From NCBI GenBank assembly GCA_012798185.1, contig JAAZNS010000508.1:1-41824 (forward strand): DNA of 41,824 nt, read 5' to 3'. This stretch comes from Chloroflexota bacterium (lineage in GTDB: Bacteria > Chloroflexota > Anaerolineae > Anaerolineales > UBA4823). Below the pieces are notes generated by a model that saw only the letters and a list, made by a program, of their open reading frames with translations, was not told the origin of the DNA and did no database searches. This document shows positions 1-6,476 of the stretch, piece after piece; the stretch's first letter is position 1; each line of letters begins with the position of its first letter. The position numbers and the translations under genes were made by a program.

Positions 1-606
1 ACCATCCGCCAGGCGCTCAGCGACCTGACCAACGCCGGATTGTTGGTGCGAAAGCGCGCCTTAGGTACCTTTGTCGCACAACCCAGAAGAATTGTCCCGT
101 TTATTCGTGAGCGTCTGAGCAGCCTCACTGAAGAAGTTGCTGCGCAGGGGCTTGAATTAAAATCCCGCGTATTACAACAAGAATTGATCACCGCTAGCGG
201 CGAGATCATGTATGAGCTGGAAATGAAACAAACTGCAAAGGTCATTCTGATCAAAAGATTGCGTTCTGTCAATGGCACCCCGTTGGCATTGGAGACTACC
301 CACCATCCATATGATCGCTTTCCGGGTTTGCTCACAATGGACCTTAATGATTGTTCGATCTATGAAATTCTGAATAAGCATTACCATACCCGCCCGGTTA
401 CAGCTGTTGATCGTTTCATTGCTGGTTTGGCAACCGGTCAGACCGCCCGTTTATTGGATGTTGCCGAAGGCAGCCCGGTGATGCGTTTTAAAAGGGTTGC
501 CAGGGATGAGCATGGCATTCCGATAGATTATTCCATCTCGATATTTCGCGCAGACCAGTATCAATTTTCAATAAACTACCGTGAGAGTGATTATGAGCAA
601 AAATGA
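1..606 (+). CDS. GntR/HutC-family transcriptional regulator, 5'-truncated by the window edge (end of winged-helix domain plus UTRA-type effector domain)
   Basis: Frame 1 is open from base 1 (TIRQALSDLTNAGLLVRKRALGTFV...), which reads like the end of a GntR recognition helix and wing. A ~170-aa UTRA-like C-terminal domain follows. Stop TGA at 604-606. Confidence 0.8.
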   Translation, partial: TIRQALSDLTNAGLLVRKRALGTFVAQPRRIVPFIRERLSSLTEEVAAQGLELKSRVLQQELITASGEIMYELEMKQTAKVILIKRLRSVNGTPLALETTHHPYDRFPGLLTMDLNDCSIYEILNKHYHTRPVTAVDRFIAGLATGQTARLLDVAEGSPVMRFKRVARDEHGIPIDYSISIFRADQYQFSINYRESDYEQK

Positions 607-2176
607 CGATATCTATGTATTGACTATCGACCTTGGTACATCAGCGGTTAAGGTTGCCCTGGTATCCATCACCGGTGTTGTAGCAGGCTGGGAGGAAGCT
701 GCCTTGCCTTTGCATTTGCTGCCGGGTGGAGGCGCCGAACAAGCCCCCCAGGATTGGTGGCATGCCATTCTCACCTGTTCGAAAAAAATAATAAACAGGG
801 GATTGGTGCCTGCTCAAAACATTGTAGCAGTGTGCGCTTCGACACAGGGCGCCGGCACTGTACCGGTAGACCGTAACGGTAAACCATTGATGAATTGTAT
901 TACTTGGCTGGATTCTCGCGGCGCACCATATACCCGCAACGTGGTGCGCGGGGTTGTCAATGTTGCCGGGTATGATCCAATAAAGTTATGGCGCTGGATC
1001 TCAATAGGCGGCGGAGCGCCATCTCATTCAGGGAAAGACATTATGGGGCATATGCTCCTGGTGAAGAATGAGTTTCCCGAAATTTACCAAAAAACTTACA
1101 AATTCTTGAACGTGCTGGACTACATCAATCTGTGTTTTACCGGGGAATTCACCGCCACTCCCGATTCGATCATGGATTGTTGGGCGGTCGATAACCGGGA
1201 TTCCAGGCATATCGATTACCACCCGGCTATGCTTAAAAAGTTGCCCATCGACCCCGATAAACTGCCAAAAATCTACTTGTGCATCGATGTGATCGGGAAT
1301 TTAAAAGCGGATGTAGCTGAAGAACTGGGTTTGAGCAAAGAGGTCAAGGTGGTTGCCGGCGCCATGGATTACACCTCTGCTGCGGTTGGTTCGGGGGCGG
1401 TGCTCGATTATCAACCCCATTTGTATATCGGCACTTCTTCCTGGCTGGCGGCACATTACCCCAAATTAAAATGCGATATTTTCCATTATATGGCTGCTTT
1501 ACCGTGCGCCATTCCAGGTAAATATTTGCTCATTGCCACCCAGGATACTGCCGGTGGAAACCTGACCTACTTACGCGATAATCTTATTTACCACAAAGAT
1601 GACCTATTGCAGGCAGACCCCGCTGATTACTTCACCGCCCTCAATAAGGTGGCTGCCAGTGTACCGCCTGGCAGTAATGGGCTTATCTATACCCCCTGGC
1701 TTTATGGGGAACGCTGCCCGCCGGATGATCCGAACTTACGGGCGGGCATTTATAACCTCTCGCTGCAGAACACGCGCTCCGATTTGGTGCGCGCCTTCCT
1801 GGAAGGGGTGGCGTTGAATACTCGCTGGATGCTTGGCTTGGTGGAAAAATTCCTGGATAACCATCCGGCAAATCCAATCAACATGGTGGGCGGCGGCGCC
1901 AATTCCGATTTGTGGTGCCAGATCCAGGCAGATGTGCTAAACCGCACCATCCGCCAGGTGACTGATCCGGTACGCGTCAATGTGCGCGGAGCGGCATTTA
2001 TGGCGGGGGTCGGTTTGGGATACATCCGTTATGAAGATGTGCCCAGTTTTATTCAGTTTAAAAACATTTATGAACCCAACCCCAAAAACCGCGCCCTTTA
2101 CGATGAGCGTTTTGCGGTCTTTATGGAAATTTACAAGAAAAATAAGGCTATCTACCATAGGTTGAATAAACAATAA
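593..2176 (+). CDS. FGGY-family carbohydrate kinase (xylulokinase/glycerol-kinase-like)
   Basis: The N-terminal actin-fold phosphate-1 motif is present (YVLTIDLGTSAVKVALV). Later motifs are YIGTSSW and MVGGGANSDLWCQIQADV (FGGY C-terminal signature). The track ORF starts at GTG 581, but ATG 593 is preferred because it is preceded by GAGAG. It overlaps the upstream regulator stop by 14 nt. Confidence 0.85.
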   Translation: MSKNDDIYVLTIDLGTSAVKVALVSITGVVAGWEEAALPLHLLPGGGAEQAPQDWWHAILTCSKKIINRGLVPAQNIVAVCASTQGAGTVPVDRNGKPLMNCITWLDSRGAPYTRNVVRGVVNVAGYDPIKLWRWISIGGGAPSHSGKDIMGHMLLVKNEFPEIYQKTYKFLNVLDYINLCFTGEFTATPDSIMDCWAVDNRDSRHIDYHPAMLKKLPIDPDKLPKIYLCIDVIGNLKADVAEELGLSKEVKVVAGAMDYTSAAVGSGAVLDYQPHLYIGTSSWLAAHYPKLKCDIFHYMAALPCAIPGKYLLIATQDTAGGNLTYLRDNLIYHKDDLLQADPADYFTALNKVAASVPPGSNGLIYTPWLYGERCPPDDPNLRAGIYNLSLQNTRSDLVRAFLEGVALNTRWMLGLVEKFLDNHPANPINMVGGGANSDLWCQIQADVLNRTIRQVTDPVRVNVRGAAFMAGVGLGYIRYEDVPSFIQFKNIYEPNPKNRALYDERFAVFMEIYKKNKAIYHRLNKQ

Positions 2177-2264
2177 AGTGGTATGCAATAAGCTTTAAGT
2201 TAAACGTTATCGGATTTCGAAACTCGATTTTCGATGATTGAGCATATACACAAAGGATCATGAC

Positions 2265-3662
2265 ATGGATATAGAAGGCTTCACCAAGGAATTGCAAAAG
2301 ACAATTAAACCCTACCGGCAGGATCATACACGGTATGCTCAACTGCCGGCGGTTGGACACACCCGCGAAGAAATCATCCAGGAAATGGAAGATTTATTTG
2401 CCAGGGAAGAACCACGCTGGCGAGAAGGTAAGGTTTCCGGAGCTGTCTATCACGGCGATGAAAATCATATCGCCTTTCAGAATAAAATCTACAGCATCAA
2501 CTCGCAAAGCAACCCGCTGCATTTCGATGTCTGGCCAAGTGCCACAAAATTCGAGGCAGAGATTGTCTCCATGACTGCCCACATGCTGGGCGCTGGCTTT
2601 ACCCAGGATGAAATCGTCGGTACGGTTTCATCCGGCGGCACAGAGAGCATCATGCTGGCAATGAAAACTTACCGTGATTGGGCGAAGGATAAAAAAGGAA
2701 TCACCGAGCCGGAAATGATTGTGCCCACCACCGCCCACGCAGCTTTCGATAAAGCCTCGCAGTATTTCAATATCAAGATGATTCGCATCCCTGTGGGCAG
2801 TGATTTCCGCGCCGATGTAGCAGCCACCAAAGCCGCCATCACCCCCAATACGATTGTCATCGTTGGCTCAGCGCCGCCTTTCCCGCACGGCATCATCGAT
2901 CCGATTGAGGAGTTGTCTGAATTAGCTATGTCTCATGGTATTGGTTTCCATACCGATGCCTGCCTGGGCGGCTTTCTGCTCCCCTGGGCAGAGAAACTGG
3001 GATACCCGGTGCCGCCCTTCGATTTCCGTCTGCCAGGGGTCACTTCGATGTCAGCGGATACACATAAATACGGTTATGCTGCCAAGGGCACCTCAGTGGT
3101 GCTCTACCGCGGCAGAGAGATGCGTCACTATCAATATTACGTCACCACCGAATGGCCTGGCGGGTTGTATTTCTCACCCACTTTTGCCGGCAGCCGCCCT
3201 GGTGCGCTCAGTGCAGCCTGCTGGGCAGCCATGCTTTCTATGGGCGAAAAAGGTTATTTGGATGCTGCTCGGGGCATTCTGGAGACGGCTGTAAAAATCA
3301 AGCAGGGCATCCGCAATATTCCCGAATTGAAAGTGTTGGGAGACCCGCTCTTCGTGATCGCAATTGCATCGGATGAGCTGGATATTTACGCCATCTCCGA
3401 TGTTATGACCCAAAAAGGATGGAGCCTCAATGGATTACAGCAGCCACCCGCAATACATATCGCTCTTACCCAGCGCCATACCCAACCCGGACTAGCAGAA
3501 AAATTCCTGCAGGACCTGGCTGAAGCTGCCGGTTATGTTCGGGCTCATCCCGACATGCAGGGTTCGATGACCCCGATCTATGGCATGTCGGGCAATGTGG
3601 CTTTCAAAGGCGCCGTGCAGGAGTTCATCAAGGGAATGATCGATATGATGTTCGATGTATGA
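2265..3662 (+). CDS. PLP-dependent enzyme of the sphingosine-1-phosphate-lyase-like / group II decarboxylase family (soluble, no N-terminal TM)
   Basis: The PLP-lysine motif [22 protein letters not shown] is present, along with [11 protein letters not shown] and HTDACLGGF motifs. The track ORF begins at TTG 2238. ATG 2265 has AAGGA about 8 nt upstream. Confidence 0.8.
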   Translation: MDIEGFTKELQKTIKPYRQDHTRYAQLPAVGHTREEIIQEMEDLFAREEPRWREGKVSGAVYHGDENHIAFQNKIYSINSQSNPLHFDVWPSATKFEAEIVSMTAHMLGAGFTQDEIVGTVSSGGTESIMLAMKTYRDWAKDKKGITEPEMIVPTTAHAAFDKASQYFNIKMIRIPVGSDFRADVAATKAAITPNTIVIVGSAPPFPHGIIDPIEELSELAMSHGIGFHTDACLGGFLLPWAEKLGYPVPPFDFRLPGVTSMSADTHKYGYAAKGTSVVLYRGREMRHYQYYVTTEWPGGLYFSPTFAGSRPGALSAACWAAMLSMGEKGYLDAARGILETAVKIKQGIRNIPELKVLGDPLFVIAIASDELDIYAISDVMTQKGWSLNGLQQPPAIHIALTQRHTQPGLAEKFLQDLAEAAGYVRAHPDMQGSMTPIYGMSGNVAFKGAVQEFIKGMIDMMFDV

Positions 3663-3663
3663 A

Positions 3664-3698
3664 GTTAGCTGTCAGCTTTCAGTTATCAGCCGTCAGCT
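3664..3698. repeat. Five tandem degenerate heptamers (gttagct gtcagct ttcagtt atcagcc gtcagct) immediately after the PLP-enzyme stop codon
   Basis: Direct reading of the sequence shows period 7 with a conserved T-C/T-A-G core. Confidence 0.6.
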
Positions 3699-3821
3699 AT
3701 GGGTTTTGTGGGGTTTGATATAAGGAGAAATCCTTTGTCGTGTTTCGTTTGCCTCCCTTTTCGCGGAATCCTGGTCAGGAAATCGGCACGCAAAGCAAAA
3801 TTTATTTTTGGGATGTTGGCG

Positions 3822-3935
3822 GGGGCTGTCCTAAAAGTCGATTTTGTCATGTTGAGCGTAGCGAAACATCCCTTTTATGTAATGAATAGACCCTTCGCTT
3901 CGCTCAGGGTGACAGCCTACTTTTAGGACAGCCCC
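3822..3935 (+). repeat. 114-bp nested-palindrome (MITE/REP-like) element, copy 1
   Basis: Perfect 17-bp terminal inverted repeats GGGGCTGTCCTAAAAGT / ACTTTTAGGACAGCCCC. An inner imperfect stem pairs GAGCGTAGCGAA with TTCGCTTCGCTC. It differs from copy 2 (14454-14567) at a single base. Confidence 0.9.
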
Positions 3936-4047
3936 TTTAAATTCCCAGGATCTACTTCTCGATACATACGTAACTATTTTTGATTTTTCTAAAATGCTCA
4001 GGTTATGCTGGCCTTTAAATTCCCTGGATCTACTTCTCGATACATAC
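3934..4047 (+). repeat. Pair of 36-bp direct repeats (3934-3969 and 4012-4047, one mismatch) separated by 42 bp
   Basis: CCTTTAAATTCCC(A/T)GGATCTACTTCTCGATACATAC occurs twice. The first copy abuts and overlaps the end of the palindromic element by 2 nt. Confidence 0.85.
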
Positions 4048-4104
4048 TTCGGATAACATGACATTAAACAGCCCTGCGGTATCCTTTGAATGTTTAACCT
4101 CCCC

Positions 4105-4920
4105 TTATCCCTCCACCTCCATCCCCAGCATTTCAAAACCCTGCATCAACAAACCCACCTGGGTGAGACCCAGCCAGACCAGCACCACGGTGAACATCCA
4201 TGCCATGATGTTCATAAGTTGAGGCAAGCCGCCTTTGGCGGCAGCTACTTGGTTTTGCAGGACTTCGATCAAGCCTCGATATTGCCCGATCACTTCGACG
4301 GCGGTTTCCAGGCTGGTGTTGATCGAAGCCACGTTTTCAGCAATAGCGTCGATTTGGCTACCAACTGAAATCAGATTTTCCTTTGTAAGGCTCAATGAAG
4401 TATTCATCCCTGCAAACGATTCAGTCAGAGGATCCATGCTTTTAGAGACATCACCCAATGACTCGCTCAGTGACACTTCGGGTTTATAGGGTTGTAGCGG
4501 CAGCAAGGGGATGGCAGTGATCATTGCCAGTGTGGTATCGATCATTTCAGCGCTGGATTTGGCAGAATCCAAAGCGTTTTGCGTGGCGGTTACCGTATCT
4601 GGTAAATCGATTGTGGTGAGTTTGGTAAGGGAATCCATAAGCGGCACGGTATCGCTGATTGATTTTCCGGTGGTTTGAATGGTAACTGCCAGAGTATCCA
4701 CAGCCTCACGGGCAGTGCCCAGTGATTGATCTGCCACACCAAGGGCGTCGCCTGTGGCGCTCAGGGTATTATCGAGCAAATCCAACGTTTGTCCCAGGTT
4801 CGCTGAAACAACACCGCGTACCTGCCAGGCGCCCACAATGCCTGCAATGCAGATGATCAAACCAACCACCGCGGCAAGCACCAAAAGAATCCCAATGATT
4901 TTATAAAATCCTCTTTTCAT
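4105..4920 (-). CDS. Hypothetical membrane protein with N- and C-terminal TM helices flanking a ~200-aa Ser/Thr/Leu/Asp-rich helical region
   Basis: 271-aa ORF with a strong RBS (GGAGGTTGAC-ATG). Hydrophobic segments are IIGILLVLAAVVGLIICIAGIVGAW and IMAWMFTVVLVWLGLTQVGLL. I recognised no family motif. Confidence 0.6.
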   Translation of the reverse strand: MKRGFYKIIGILLVLAAVVGLIICIAGIVGAWQVRGVVSANLGQTLDLLDNTLSATGDALGVADQSLGTAREAVDTLAVTIQTTGKSISDTVPLMDSLTKLTTIDLPDTVTATQNALDSAKSSAEMIDTTLAMITAIPLLPLQPYKPEVSLSESLGDVSKSMDPLTESFAGMNTSLSLTKENLISVGSQIDAIAENVASINTSLETAVEVIGQYRGLIEVLQNQVAAAKGGLPQLMNIMAWMFTVVLVWLGLTQVGLLMQGFEMLGMEVEG

Positions 4921-5215
4921 GTCAACCTCCGGTAAATTTTCAAATATTCAATAATTGACAATTAATTGGTTGGTTTTTATGTGCCATTATTAACATTCTA
5001 CACTGATTTCCTGTGTTTAATACACTCAAAGACAATTGAAAATACTTACTTACAAAAATTAATTTAATGATTATCGATCAGCCTCATTACCGAATTATCG
5101 ATATAAACCAGCAATTGGCATAAATCATCGTATGTATTTTCAATAAAGTTTTTTGATCAGGTATCGTGGTATCATGGGAAATATTTGATTGTACAGTAAA
5201 ACCACGAGAGATACC

Positions 5216-6289
5216 ATGTACGAATTATCTGCTGACATCACCTGTTGGTTCGCACAAAAGAAGGATGTATGTATAGCAACCGTGATTGATACCTGGGGAA
5301 CATCTCCGCGACCGGTGGGTACAAAGATGGCTTTCACTGCCGATCCCTTCATTGCCGGGTCGGTAAGCGCAGGCTGTGTCGAGGGAGCAGTTATCGAGGC
5401 GGGCTTCCAAGTATTACGAACTAATCGCCCTGAGCTTTTGCATTTTGGCGTCTCGGATGAAGCGGCTTTCAATGTAGGCTTGACCTGCGGCGGGAAAATC
5501 GAGGTGTTTATCCGCAGGTTAGACTATGCGCTTTTCAAGGCGCTAAGCCAGGCTATTTCTACTCACGAACCCGTGGCTTTACTCACCATCTTGGAGAAAG
5601 AATATGAATTATTTGGGCGTGAAATTTTGGTTTCCGAAGGCAAGATATTATCGGGGACTTTTGGTAAGGATTTGGACAGCTTTGCCCTTGAATTAGCCTG
5701 TAATGCAATCGCCAGCCAGCAGGCTCAAAGTGCAACCCTCGAAAATCCGGGACTAATGCCGCTGCGTGTTTTTGTGGATGTAATCAACCCGCCGCCGGTA
5801 TTGATCATTGTTGGCGGTGGACACATCGCCATCACCCTAGTTACCCTGGCTAAAGCTCTTGGCTTTCAAACCGTGGTTATAGACCCGCGTAAAGCTTTCG
5901 CCAATATGCAACGTTTTCCCGAGGCAGACCAGCTCATTCAAGAATGGCCGGATGAGGCTTTTAAAAAAATAAATCTGAATTCTGCAAGCAATATTGCCAT
6001 AGTGACTCATGATCCGAAAATCGATGACCCGGCGCTGAAAATTGTTTTGAATAGCCCCGCAGCATATATTGGTGTACTGGGCAGCCGTAAAACTCATGCC
6101 GAACGCTGTGAGCGGCTGCTTGCTGATGGTATTATGCCTGAACAACTGGCTCGTTTGCATGCCCCGATCGGTATTGATTTAGCAAGTAAAAATCCACAAG
6201 ATATTGCCCTGAGTATACTGGCGGAAATTGTAAAGGAGCAGAATTTGCGAAAAAAATCCCTTTGGCAGGATAAGCTGCCTTGCGTATAA
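5216..6289 (+). CDS. XdhC/CoxI-family molybdenum-enzyme maturation (accessory) protein
   Basis: The N-terminal XdhC_CoxI-like region is present (ATVIDTWGTSPRPVGTKMA...GSVSAGCVEGAV). The C-terminal Rossmann-like region is present (LIIVGGGHIAITL...AIVTHDPKIDDPAL...YIGVLGSRKT). The track start is TTG 5189, but ATG 5216 is preferred. Confidence 0.8.
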   Translation: MYELSADITCWFAQKKDVCIATVIDTWGTSPRPVGTKMAFTADPFIAGSVSAGCVEGAVIEAGFQVLRTNRPELLHFGVSDEAAFNVGLTCGGKIEVFIRRLDYALFKALSQAISTHEPVALLTILEKEYELFGREILVSEGKILSGTFGKDLDSFALELACNAIASQQAQSATLENPGLMPLRVFVDVINPPPVLIIVGGGHIAITLVTLAKALGFQTVVIDPRKAFANMQRFPEADQLIQEWPDEAFKKINLNSASNIAIVTHDPKIDDPALKIVLNSPAAYIGVLGSRKTHAERCERLLADGIMPEQLARLHAPIGIDLASKNPQDIALSILAEIVKEQNLRKKSLWQDKLPCV

Positions 6290-6348
6290 TATCTATCCTT
6301 ACAAAAGACAAATTTTAAACGTAACGGCTTAAGATACGGTGGTAAGTG

Positions 6349-6400
6349 CCTGAAATTGAGGTACATGCGAGAGCGAAAACCCGCAGGTACCTCAATTTCG
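6349..6400. promoter_or_regulatory. Stem-loop with a 13-bp perfect stem (GAAATTGAGGTAC ... GTACCTCAATTTC) and a 21-nt loop, between xdhC-like and transketolase-like genes; function unknown
   Basis: The stem is 6352-6364 paired with 6386-6398, with a possible CC/GG extension across a 1-nt bulge. No U-tract follows on either strand, so it is not a canonical intrinsic terminator. Confidence 0.4.
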
Positions 6401-6476
6401 GAAGCTCACCCAAGCTGGCTGAGTAATACTCCAAAATCTATTATTTGGTAACTTTCGAAATCTCAAGGAGCATAAA

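Noticed and set aside
3699-3926. ORFs encoding the recurring peptide VLKVDFVMLSVAKHPFYVMNRPFASLRVTAYF (3699-3926 and 14358-14558, plus the antisense 8638-9045 and 3831-4136)
   Set aside because: The shared peptide is a translation of the 114-bp palindromic repeat. The ORFs have no RBS, and their similarity ends exactly at the repeat borders.
3934-4047. CRISPR array call for the 36-bp repeat / 42-bp spacer / 36-bp repeat structure
   Set aside because: There are only two repeats, with no third unit, no recognisable leader and no cas genes anywhere in the 42-kb window. It is reported as an unexplained direct repeat instead.
6290-6476. TPP riboswitch upstream of the transketolase-like (TPP-dependent) gene
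   Set aside because: I could not find the conserved TPP-riboswitch core elements (the CUGAGA and ACCUGAUCUGGAUAAUGCCAGCG-like segments). Only a simple hairpin is present.
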